Source: a virus
Length of the DNA: 64,000 nucleotides
Direction: 5' to 3' (one strand)
Virus record (IMG/VR): IMGVR_UViG_3300020120_000133
Location: 1 to 64,000 of that record
Part shown: positions 36,299 through 44,344 of the stretch, in pieces
Position numbering within the stretch: the stretch's first letter is position 1
Layout: each line of letters begins with the position of its first letter
Program-made: the position numbers and the translations under genes
The notes under the pieces: model-generated
Database searches by the model: none
Told to the model about the DNA's origin: nothing
The model's input: only the letters and a program-made list of their open reading frames with translations

Positions 36299-36850
36299 TC
36301 ACTCTTCTCCCGAGATGTGTGTTCGCCCGTTCGCCCCGCCGTCGTTGATCATGAGAAGTTCGTCGCAATCCGCGTTGGACTGCTTGCGGCTGGTCTGTTC
36401 GATAATGCGCCATCGCGGCGCCGGGTAGAGATCGCGGATCAGGGGATGGTCGCCGTATCGCACGACAACCCGCGCCTTCTTGAACGATGACAGTTTCAAC
36501 GCCAGCCTGCGGTGATCGTTCTCGCGGAAGAAATGGCGGTACTTCAATCCGGCGTCCACCCAGGGCGCATCGGCATAAATTGCGTTACCCGTGAGGTCCC
36601 GCACTTTCTCCAAGAACGCGAAGCAGTCCATCGACACGAAACTGCATCGCTTCAGGTATCGCCGCCACTGGATCAACCCCTCGACAGCGCCGTGGAAATG
36701 CTTGGCGTTGTCGCCGCCGCCACCGTCATATCGGATCCCGATGCCGGCGGTGAATTCATTGGGCTTCCCCGCGCTGCCGTGCCGCGTCATCCAAGCGCAA
36801 CAGAACGAGTCGATGGCCCATTGGAGATCGGCGTCGGCGTCGGATGCGAT
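36299..36850 (-). pseudogene. Dam-like (D12 class) N6-adenine methyltransferase lacking its N-terminal SAM-binding region
   Basis: AIYADAPW (DPPY-like), then FFRENDHRRLALKL...VVVRYGDHPLIRDLY...CDELLMIN, aligns by eye to roughly the C-terminal two-thirds of Dam. No FxGxG in this frame. The upstream part of the frame is junk overlapping the Dcm fragment. Confidence 0.55.
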
Positions 36851-36851
36851 T

Positions 36852-37094
36852 TCATCCTGTGGTGCCTGTTTCGTGCCGAACAAGCCTTTGCCGAGATCGA
36901 GACCAGATAGGCGCGCGATCCAATGCCGCCTCTTCCATCCGGGCCACGAGGACCGCCGCTGCGTAGGCTTCCCGCTCGCAGTAACAAAGGGTTCGTGCCC
37001 GGTGCCCGAGGAACTCCAGCGCCCGATGAACGCCCCTATCGAGCATTCCGGCTCCGCTGCACAAACTGATGATGGGGATGGAATGTGAATCCAC
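36852..37094 (-). pseudogene. N-terminal fragment of a C5-cytosine DNA methyltransferase (motifs I-II only)
   Basis: IISLCSGAGMLDRGVHRAL...CYCEREAYAAAVLVARMEEAALDRAPIW is a typical Dcm N-terminus. It breaks off before the PCQ motif, and a stop follows 16 codons later. Confidence 0.55.
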
Positions 37095-37124
37095 ACGGCA
37101 ATTTCCACAGAACCAGCGCCGAGC

Positions 37125-38372
37125 CTACGCCGTCGCCTCAGCCGCCGCCTTCGCCTTGAATGCGAACCCGCCGGACTTCAATTTCTGGAACACCGCGACC
37201 TGATCCTTGCGGCTCAGTTTCATCCACGGCTTCGTCAGCATCAGGTTCAGCTGCTGCTTGATGTCGGCTTCGTTCAACCCGAGTTCATCGGACACCGCGA
37301 ACTCCGAAGCGAAATTACAAATCCAGTCCCAAGTGCAGGGGTCCGGCATCTCGATCGCCGACGGCTCCTGCTGTTCCGGCTTCTTCTCCGGTTCCTTCTC
37401 CGGCTCCTGTTGCTGCTGGGGTGGCGCGCCCTGCGTCTCTGCGGCACTGGACGTCGCCGTCTCGGTCTTTGGTTCCGGCTGCTTCTGTTCGCCGGTCGTT
37501 CCGCCACTGATGGTTCCCGACACTGGCGGGGTCTTGAAGCCGAAAGCGGTCTTGCCGTCGGTCGGCTGCGGCGGCCCTTCCTGTTTCGGGGGGAACTCGG
37601 CGTCGATCGTGGTCTCTTCGTCCCTGATGGCGTTGAAGACGCCGCGCAGTTTCAGCAGGTCGTCGCCGTCGATGTCTTCGATCCGACCGTTCGGCTTGTC
37701 GAGATATTCAAGCAACTGTTCGACGGAGACGTGCATCTTCCCGAATGCCGAGATCGCGTCGGCGAGGCGCTGCCCGTGGGTCTTGGCTTCCCCGACCGCT
37801 GTTTTCTTGGCGCTGCGCCAGACCTCATCGATCACGATCTTCGGAACGACCGAATTGAGCGCATTGCGCCGCGCGATCGCCGATGCCGCGTTCGTCGTCG
37901 TCATGATCATGTCGTCGCCGTATCGGTAGCCGTCGCGGGTCGTGATCCGCCGCCGGATGTCCACCGAACACGACACGTTGGTTTCGAGGTCGTGACAGAC
38001 CCCCTGAGTCGTCACGAACTTCTCGTCCTCGCCGATCACCCTGGACCCCCAGCGAAGATTGCCCCAGCACGATGCCACGATCTCGGCGCATCGGATCGAC
38101 GGGCCTTCGATGAACTTGATCTTGCCGTCCTTCTCCTTGCGCTTCAGCGTGTAGAAGCAACTCTGCGCGGTTTCCTGATTCCGCGTCGCCATCGCGACGG
38201 CGTTGTCGGTGCTTTTCGCGATTGAACGCGGATAGCGCTTCGCTGTCGATATCTGCAAATCGACCTCGGCCTTGATGATGGCCTGTGCGGAAACCTGATC
38301 TTCATTCGGGAAGATCGGCTCGGCCTGTCGCGGCAACTCCGTCGGTCGTCCTCTATTGTCTGATCCGCTCAT
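37125..38372 (-). CDS. Putative recombination (ssDNA-annealing-like) protein with a Pro/Glu-rich linker
   Basis: ATGA-coupled to the upstream exonuclease gene. Conserved-looking core (GPSIRCAEIVASCWGNL...NAASAIARRNALNSVVP). Function inferred mainly from position. Confidence 0.35.
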   Translation of the reverse strand: MSGSDNRGRPTELPRQAEPIFPNEDQVSAQAIIKAEVDLQISTAKRYPRSIAKSTDNAVAMATRNQETAQSCFYTLKRKEKDGKIKFIEGPSIRCAEIVASCWGNLRWGSRVIGEDEKFVTTQGVCHDLETNVSCSVDIRRRITTRDGYRYGDDMIMTTTNAASAIARRNALNSVVPKIVIDEVWRSAKKTAVGEAKTHGQRLADAISAFGKMHVSVEQLLEYLDKPNGRIEDIDGDDLLKLRGVFNAIRDEETTIDAEFPPKQEGPPQPTDGKTAFGFKTPPVSGTISGGTTGEQKQPEPKTETATSSAAETQGAPPQQQQEPEKEPEKKPEQQEPSAIEMPDPCTWDWICNFASEFAVSDELGLNEADIKQQLNLMLTKPWMKLSRKDQVAVFQKLKSGGFAFKAKAAAEATA

Positions 38373-39478
38373 GATTTCGATCCCTTCTCGGTTGATGGTG
38401 CTTTGAACGTGATTCTTTTCTCGGTGGTGCGCTCGATGGCCCCGACGGCGTCGAGTCGATTGACCAGTTCCTGTTTCGCTTTCCCCTTGCCCCGAGGCGG
38501 CGCCTGTGCGGCCACCGCATCCATGAGGTCCGGCAACGACAACTTCATGGCCCCGGCGATCTCCGCATCACTCAGCATCGGTGCGAGAACCGGCCATGCC
38601 AGCAGCGGCAGGACCTTGCGTTTCTCCGATTCGCTGAACTCGACGCTGCCGCCATCCGGCAACGCCTGCTTGCCGCCGTTGGCTTCGATGAATGCCTTGT
38701 GCTGTCGGCGAAAGTCCTCGCAAGCCTTCTCGACGCAGCGAAGCCCGGTGTAGATGTCGCGAAGTTTGGGGGCGATCGCGGGGAAATCGACGTCGCCCAA
38801 GCCCGTGAGATCGTTGATGCTCTGCCGCACCAGTTGGTGCCGGGCCGGACAGTTGGCAGCGCGGGGACAAAAATCACATCCTTCATTGATCCGATACGCC
38901 GCCGTCTCCCGCGTCCGCGCCGCCGTGACCAGCTTCTCTTTGAAGTCGCGCAATTCCGCGACGCCGCCGCTGCGCGTGTCGTTGATCCGGTCCCGCAGCC
39001 ACGACAGCGTCACCGACCATCTCGGCTTCTCGAAAACCGTCGTCGAGAGAAGCGCGTAAGCCAGAAGCTGCGCGTAATAGTCGCGGTGCCGGCGGCCGGA
39101 CTTGTAATCATCGACGGCGACGTGGTTATCGCCGACCTGCAATTTGTCGAGCGTCCCGGTCAACTCGACATCGTGGGCCAGTTGGATCGCGAACGATTGT
39201 TCCAAGAGTGGTTTCGGGAATGAGTCGCGCATCGCATCGCTGGCCTGCCGCGCGAACGCCAGCATGAAGCCGAGTTCATCGACATCATCGACGCCGTACT
39301 TCTGCGCCAACTCGACGGCGCGGGGAATCTCGCCGTCGCGCTCGTAGATCATGACCCCTTCGTGCGCCGCCGAACCAAGCCGCGATTCCTGGCGGTCGTT
39401 GTCGATGCGCAGGCCCGGCTCTTGACTGCGCGGGCACAGTATCAACAAGGGGGCGGAACTACAGCGGATGGAGATCAT
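38369..39478 (-). CDS. PD-(D/E)xK exonuclease, Cas4/DUF2800-like, with a Cys cluster
   Basis: CSSAPLLILCPRS at the N-terminus, DKLQVGDNHVAVDDYKSG, QLLAYAL, and C-terminal CDFCPRAANC. Start at ATG 39478 behind GGGAGG. Confidence 0.65.
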   Translation of the reverse strand: MISIRCSSAPLLILCPRSQEPGLRIDNDRQESRLGSAAHEGVMIYERDGEIPRAVELAQKYGVDDVDELGFMLAFARQASDAMRDSFPKPLLEQSFAIQLAHDVELTGTLDKLQVGDNHVAVDDYKSGRRHRDYYAQLLAYALLSTTVFEKPRWSVTLSWLRDRINDTRSGGVAELRDFKEKLVTAARTRETAAYRINEGCDFCPRAANCPARHQLVRQSINDLTGLGDVDFPAIAPKLRDIYTGLRCVEKACEDFRRQHKAFIEANGGKQALPDGGSVEFSESEKRKVLPLLAWPVLAPMLSDAEIAGAMKLSLPDLMDAVAAQAPPRGKGKAKQELVNRLDAVGAIERTTEKRITFKAPSTEKGSKS

Positions 39479-39651
39479 GGAAGCAGCCTCCCTTGCGACG
39501 CCAAAAACCAGAGCATCGACATGCCCCCGAGAACGTAAAAGGCCGCCCCAATGGCGATCAGCACAATCCGCCTCAAGACCGGCAACTCGGTAGTCAGCAA
39601 AGCCACCGCGAGACCGAGAAGGCCAGAGATAATGCCAAGAAGAAAGGTCAT
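39475..39651 (-). CDS. Small membrane protein (58 aa)
   Basis: MTFLLGIISGLLGLAVALL...IAIGAAFYVLGG. ATGA overlaps on both sides. Confidence 0.4.
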   Translation of the reverse strand: MTFLLGIISGLLGLAVALLTTELPVLRRIVLIAIGAAFYVLGGMSMLWFLASQGRLLP

Positions 39652-39839
39652 CGCGCCAGCTTCCTTCCGAGAAATTGCCACTGCGCCGACGAAGCCAGCA
39701 GGATGTCACAGATTAAGGTTCCGGCTCCCGATGCGACGAAGCCCCACCGAAGCGCGAAATGCAGCCACGCCATGCAGAGCGCGTAGTAGCCGCCGATCCA
39801 AATGAGCGCGAAGATCGTAAAGGCGCGGGAGGGTTTCAT
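39648..39839 (-). CDS. Small membrane protein (63 aa)
   Basis: MKPSRAFTIFALIWIGGYYALCMAWLHF... ATGA overlaps on both sides. Confidence 0.4.
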   Translation of the reverse strand: MKPSRAFTIFALIWIGGYYALCMAWLHFALRWGFVASGAGTLICDILLASSAQWQFLGRKLAR

Positions 39840-40549
39840 TTCCAGCCCCTTTCCGCAGCGACTGGACAATCCGGCCAATGCCAAGATCGCGATGCTTCCG
39901 CCATATCGAGCGCAATCCAGCGGCCGTCCTGTGTTCGCGCCCAATCCAGCGACCAGGCGCCTTCGAAGGATCGGGAAACCTTTTCGGATAGTTGGGTTAA
40001 CAGCGCGATCTCGCCGTCGTCCTGCTGATTGAGTTCGGCGAGAAGTTCGCGCCAGTTCGCGACCGACGGTCTCGCGTAAGCAGGTTCCAGACAACCGACC
40101 GGCCAATAGGGATGGCGGCAGAGGACGTTCCCATTCTCGATGAAATAACGGCGCTCTTTGGTCACCGGCATTCCACGGAACGCGGTGAAGCGATGCTCAA
40201 GCGGAATGAATTTGCGGACGGCCCACGCTGAAGTAGGCAGATCGGCGCACCCGCTTTCGTCGATGAGAGTGCAGATATGCCGTGGAATGCCGACGCCGGA
40301 TTCGAGAAAACAAGTCTGGTTCCATTGGTGTTTGGCGCTGAGATGCCCGGTGCGAATGAAGCAGGGGTATCCGACGCGGTCGATCGCGGCCGAAATCTGC
40401 GCGAGGAAGTCATCCCAGCCGTCCGGCTTCCTGCCGTCGAGAACGACCGTGACATCGGCATCGGTTTTGATGATCTCAGTGGGCGGCGTCTCCACGCCTG
40501 TTGATTGCAGGATCGGATACCAATAGCTGATGCAATTTCCGTCGATCAT
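39836..40549 (-). CDS. ATP-grasp-like phage protein
   Basis: FIRTGHLSAKHQW...VRKFIP...FRGMPVTKERRYFIENG...WSLDWARTQDGRWIALDMAEA matches a phage family usually annotated ATP-grasp, as I recall it. ATGA start at 40549. Confidence 0.45.
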   Translation of the reverse strand: MIDGNCISYWYPILQSTGVETPPTEIIKTDADVTVVLDGRKPDGWDDFLAQISAAIDRVGYPCFIRTGHLSAKHQWNQTCFLESGVGIPRHICTLIDESGCADLPTSAWAVRKFIPLEHRFTAFRGMPVTKERRYFIENGNVLCRHPYWPVGCLEPAYARPSVANWRELLAELNQQDDGEIALLTQLSEKVSRSFEGAWSLDWARTQDGRWIALDMAEASRSWHWPDCPVAAERGWK

Positions 40550-40884
40550 TTCGCACCCTTCGGATTCGCGATTTCCAGCAGAATGTCGGCATGGCACGAA
40601 TCACCGGGTTTGCACCAGCAAGCCAGATTCTTCCCGCGCAGCACTCGCCGCGCAGCAAGGGCGACGGTCTGCCCAACCGGATTCACTTCCAGCCAAACCC
40701 GGAACGCATCAACCGCATCCTTCTTCGTGTCGATTGGAGTGGACCCGACGACGCTTCCTACCTTGAACGGGTTTCCCCACATGCCGCTGCTGCGATCAAC
40801 GCAGACCACGGGCAAACCGTTGGGTGATGTGAGGCGCGACCCCTTCTTTCGGCTGCGCTGAATACGAACCGGCGTCGGGTTCAT
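40546..40884 (-). CDS. DUF4326 domain protein
   Basis: WGNPFKVG...AVDAFRVWL...LRGKNLACWCKPGDSCHADILL signature. GGAGGG SD. Confidence 0.7.
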   Translation of the reverse strand: MNPTPVRIQRSRKKGSRLTSPNGLPVVCVDRSSGMWGNPFKVGSVVGSTPIDTKKDAVDAFRVWLEVNPVGQTVALAARRVLRGKNLACWCKPGDSCHADILLEIANPKGAK

Positions 40885-40974
40885 GCCGCCCTCCGCAATG
40901 TTTCAGCAATCAAATGGCCCGTTTGTTCAGTGGATGTGCGGAGAGAACCGGCTACCCACAATGCGCAATGAATA

Positions 40975-41016
40975 AGCCCGCAAATGCTGGATCGACCAAG
41001 CATCTGCGGGCTTTTC
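40975..41016 (+). promoter_or_regulatory. Strong hairpin followed by a T-run, in the divergent region upstream of the integrase
   Basis: AGCCCGCAAATGCT-ggatcgacca-AGCATCTGCGGGCT then TTTC. No plus-strand gene lies upstream for it to terminate. Confidence 0.35.
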
Positions 41017-41147
41017 GTCCTATCCGACGCGGGGTAGGACGCTTCATTTTTCAACCCCGTAGGCGCCGGTGTCACCAAACCGTCACAGACATCCGCTCCG
41101 ACAGCAGTTACGTTTCCAAGATACCCGACCCGCAAGGAAAAACCGCA

Positions 41148-42398
41148 ATGCGACGACGACAGACGGCGTTCCCGCAATGGTGGAACGATCTCCACATCCC
41201 CGACCGCCTCCGCGAACAGGTCCGCGCCACCTTCACGATCAACCGCGACGGCTACGTGATCTGGTACAACGGCAGGACGCGAACCGTCTGCGGCAAGACC
41301 GTCGCGCCCGCCGATGTGCAAGACCGCTGGCTGAAGAAGAAAGAGGCCATCGACGCCGGCGCCGAATACGGTCCTCCCAACATCTACCGCGATGCCCTGG
41401 CCGACTTCCTGAAGATGCAGCGTGACCGCCTCGTCGCCGCGAAGAACCGCATCGAGCATCGCACCTACCACAACTACGAGGTCGCCCTGAACGATTTCGG
41501 CAACTTCGTCTTCGAGCATCGCAAGGTCGCGGATACACCACTGGCCGAACTCGGACCCCGCGTCTTCGCCGCCTATGCCTCGAAGTTCAACGGCTGGAAG
41601 GCCAGCGGTTTCGACTCCATCGTCTGCCGCGTCGGCGCGCTGTTCCGGTGGTGTGTCGAGATGGAATACCTCGATCGCTATCGCCCCGGCCCTCAATTCG
41701 TCAGACCGGCGAAACAGGAAATCGTTGACCAGCGCATCGACCTGACCAAGAGTTTCGAGGCCCAGGAGATCGCGGACCTCTATGTCGCGGCCAACCAAAC
41801 GGTGCGCTGCTGGATCGCGCTGGGACTCTGCGCCGGCTTCAACAACTCCGACATCGCGCACCTGCCCCGCGCCGTCGTCGATCTCGAATCCGGCATCATC
41901 GACTTCCGGCGCCGCAAGTCCGGCAAGAAGCGCCGCGTCATCCCGCTGCCAGCCGATCTCGTCGATCTGCTGAAGCGATACCAGCGACCCGACCCCACCG
42001 ACGCCGTTCACGCTGGCCTGTTCTTCGTCTCCGAATACGGCAATCCCTACGGCCGCACCCGAAGCCGAAACGGCGACTACATGCCGAGCGACAGCGTCAG
42101 CCGCCTGTTTGGCCGGCTGATGGATGACGCCAAAGTCGAGCGCCGCCGGGGCCGCAACTTCTCCGGCCTGCGGACGACGCTGTTCAACTGGTGGCCGCGC
42201 GGTCAATGGGATCTGGAACGCAAGATCGTCATGGGACGCGCCACCGGCACCGTCGATCTCGACAGCTATCTTGAGGATGTCGGACTGGAACGTATCGGTC
42301 ATGGCGTCAACGAAGTGTGGGGTCGGGTCAAGCCGCTGATCGAGTCGGCGACGATCAATCTTCCGACTCATCCTCTTCCTCTTCGCCCTCTTCCTTGA
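41148..42398 (+). CDS. Tyrosine-recombinase-family integrase with apparently non-canonical catalytic residues
   Basis: Integrase-like layout (SAM-like N-domain, FRRRKSGKKRRVIPL, FSGLRTT, MGRATG...DSYL). Start at ATG 41148 behind AAGGAAAAA. Confidence 0.65.
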   Translation: MRRRQTAFPQWWNDLHIPDRLREQVRATFTINRDGYVIWYNGRTRTVCGKTVAPADVQDRWLKKKEAIDAGAEYGPPNIYRDALADFLKMQRDRLVAAKNRIEHRTYHNYEVALNDFGNFVFEHRKVADTPLAELGPRVFAAYASKFNGWKASGFDSIVCRVGALFRWCVEMEYLDRYRPGPQFVRPAKQEIVDQRIDLTKSFEAQEIADLYVAANQTVRCWIALGLCAGFNNSDIAHLPRAVVDLESGIIDFRRRKSGKKRRVIPLPADLVDLLKRYQRPDPTDAVHAGLFFVSEYGNPYGRTRSRNGDYMPSDSVSRLFGRLMDDAKVERRRGRNFSGLRTTLFNWWPRGQWDLERKIVMGRATGTVDLDSYLEDVGLERIGHGVNEVWGRVKPLIESATINLPTHPLPLRPLP

Positions 42399-42675
42399 CG
42401 ACGACCTTCGTCCTGCCTTCGAAAATCTCGACGATGGTGCCATCGTGCTTGAACTTGCTGATGCTCTTGCCGCGCATCAGGCCCACCAGCTTCTCCCGGG
42501 CGCTATCGACCTTCTCCTTGGCCGTCGAAAGCACTTCGTCGCGTTCGCGCTTCGCTTTCGAATATCGCTTGGCGGCGCGGAAAAGTTCCTTGTCCTGCGC
42601 ATTGTCCATATCAAGCTCAGGGAAAAGGGCACGATCCTCGTTCTCAGTCGTCGTATCTGTTTCGGTCTCCGGCAT
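42355..42675 (-). CDS. Hypothetical acidic protein (106 aa)
   Basis: ORF-track ORF behind AAAGGA. Its 3' end overlaps the convergent integrase by 44 nt. Confidence 0.45.
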   Translation of the reverse strand: MPETETDTTTENEDRALFPELDMDNAQDKELFRAAKRYSKAKRERDEVLSTAKEKVDSAREKLVGLMRGKSISKFKHDGTIVEIFEGRTKVVVKEEGEEEEDESED

Positions 42676-42705
42676 TGCTTCAATCCTTTGCTGGTGATCC
42701 CAGCG

Positions 42706-42963
42706 TTAGCACCTGACCCCCGTATAGTCTCTGGCTTCGATCGGCCGCGCCGCTCCGTGCGGCATCGGCACTTTCTGATTCAGCACGATCCTGGCGGCAT
42801 CCGACATCTTCACCTTGATAAACGGCCTCCGCGCCGAGCCGGCGAAATGGACCGCGATCCCGTGGGCAATGGCGAGACGACGAAATCGTTCTCGACTGAT
42901 GCCGAGCCGCTTGGCCGCCTCGTGCGCCCAGACCAGATCCGAGATGTCCGCATCGGCTGGCAT
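42706..42963 (-). CDS. Excisionase/AlpA-like HTH protein
   Basis: LVWAHEAAKRLGISRERFRRLAIAHGI. ATG directly follows the upstream stop. Near the integrase. Confidence 0.5.
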   Translation of the reverse strand: MPADADISDLVWAHEAAKRLGISRERFRRLAIAHGIAVHFAGSARRPFIKVKMSDAARIVLNQKVPMPHGAARPIEARDYTGVRC

Positions 42964-43311
42964 TCACACCGCCTCCAAGATCGACAGGACGTGCAAGGTC
43001 GCGTCCAACGACGGCTTCTTCGACGTCACCATCCGCCGCAGCGCCTTGATCGCTTCCTCGATCGCGATCCTCTCCCTCGATTCCATCATTTCGATCCCCC
43101 TCGCCTTATGTGGCACCACCTGGAGATATCGCTTCGTCGCCAGCGCGCACACATGCTCGAAGACCGAGACCTTCGAGATTCCGATCGTCTCGGACAACTC
43201 CACGTAGGTCGGCGACATCCCGGTGCCGCGCTGGAAGCGCCGAATCTCGTTCAGCACTTCCTGCTGTCGCGGTGTCAAGGAGTCGGGAGTATTGATCGTC
43301 GATGATCGCAT
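42964..43311 (-). CDS. LexA DNA-binding-domain protein without the S24 peptidase domain
   Basis: LTPRQQEVLNEIRRFQRGTGMSPTYVELSETIGISKVSVFEHVCALATKRYL...ARGIEM parallels the LexA N-terminal wHTH. The protein is only 115 aa. Confidence 0.65.
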   Translation of the reverse strand: MRSSTINTPDSLTPRQQEVLNEIRRFQRGTGMSPTYVELSETIGISKVSVFEHVCALATKRYLQVVPHKARGIEMMESRERIAIEEAIKALRRMVTSKKPSLDATLHVLSILEAV

Positions 43312-43319
43312 GTGGCGGA

Positions 43320-44069
43320 TTATGAAATATGTGGTTTGGCGATTTCGAGGCAGCGCGCGACCTTGTCGAGATCGAACCTGGAATCGTCGGATGATCGCAC
43401 CCGCGTCTCCATATCGATCCAGATCGGGGTCTCACCAGCCGCCGCGCCGATCAGCGGAATCTGCTGTTCGAGATTATCGGGGCCGAGACCGCCAGCGTAG
43501 CCGTGATAGCAACAGGTCGTGTCGTCGTCCATGTACTGCGGCTTCGGCCATTCAGTCGGCAAAATTCCGGCACCACCCGAGATATCGAATAGTGGGACGG
43601 CATCGACGGTCTGATCTCCGTTGTTCTCGCCGTAGAGCGATTCGAGATGCGCGTTCCCCTTGGCCCCGTCGATTTGGAAGATGTATTGGCGCTTGCCGAG
43701 CGAAAGCATCGCATTGAAGAATTCCGGGGCCTTACATGGCGTGCGCTCGGCGTGAAAGTTCAGTTGGATTCTCTGAAACTCCGGGGCCAACAACAATTCC
43801 GGAATATGTACGTCACCGACCAGCAATTCCCGAACCCATCGCCCGCAGAGATGCAGCGAAAGCGAAATGTTGCCGACCCGCCTCGCGACTCCGATCAATT
43901 CAGCGATCCAAGGCGCGGATGGAAATCGGAAACTGCCGGCATCGGGGCCGACGCTGGCAGAGGCCAGAATGCCCCACTCGACGAACCTGTATTGCCGCGA
44001 CAGCTTCAGCAGGTCATTCGGGATAATGCTGTCGTCGGCGCCCGTGATTGTCACTCTGTCCAGTCGCAT
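43320..44069 (-). CDS. TrpF-like (phosphoribosylanthranilate-isomerase-like) TIM-barrel protein
   Basis: VEWGIL, SLHLCG, RIQLNF, LFDISGGAGILP..WP and GYAGGLGPDNL resemble the PRAI phosphate-binding elements. Start taken at ATG 44069. Confidence 0.5.
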   Translation of the reverse strand: MRLDRVTITGADDSIIPNDLLKLSRQYRFVEWGILASASVGPDAGSFRFPSAPWIAELIGVARRVGNISLSLHLCGRWVRELLVGDVHIPELLLAPEFQRIQLNFHAERTPCKAPEFFNAMLSLGKRQYIFQIDGAKGNAHLESLYGENNGDQTVDAVPLFDISGGAGILPTEWPKPQYMDDDTTCCYHGYAGGLGPDNLEQQIPLIGAAAGETPIWIDMETRVRSSDDSRFDLDKVARCLEIAKPHIS

Positions 44070-44136
44070 GATCGTTTCCAATCCGATAAATGTGGGCCGA
44101 ATCGGTGGGTGAGCGATCCGGCCCCGTGGAGGGGGA

Positions 44137-44325
44137 CTAAGTTGATTTGGTTGATGCCCGGTTCTTGCGCTCGATCGCGTCGAACACTTCCTTGCGGTGG
44201 ACTTGGACGTCATTCGGCGCCCGGATTCCGACGCGAACGTTGCCGCCCTTGATCCCGAAGATCATGACCTCAACGTTCTTCCCGATCATGATGGACTCAT
44301 CTACCGCTCTGCGGACAACAAGCAT
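44137..44325 (-). CDS. csrA: Carbon storage regulator CsrA homologue
   Basis: MLVVRRAVDESIMIGKNVEVMIFGIKGGNVRVGIRAPNDVQVHRKEVFDAI aligns along its full length with E. coli CsrA ([48 protein letters not shown]). Confidence 0.9.
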   Translation of the reverse strand: MLVVRRAVDESIMIGKNVEVMIFGIKGGNVRVGIRAPNDVQVHRKEVFDAIERKNRASTKST

Positions 44326-44344
44326 TTTCGACTCCGTTCGTTTT

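Noticed and set aside
36228-36299. 23-codon ORF (MKHKGFQISGDHGDDSTYRLTPE) overlapping the Dam-like stop by TGATG
   Set aside because: It is too short and has no supporting signal beyond the overlap.
36850-36905. Programmed +1 frameshift fusing the Dcm fragment to the Dam-like part into a functional hybrid methylase
   Set aside because: There is no slippery or stall sequence in the overlap. A plain rearrangement scar is more parsimonious.
40881-42443. 520-aa minus-strand ORF
   Set aside because: It is antisense to the integrase gene. Its composition is typical of high-GC shadow ORFs, and its start would run through the divergent promoter region.
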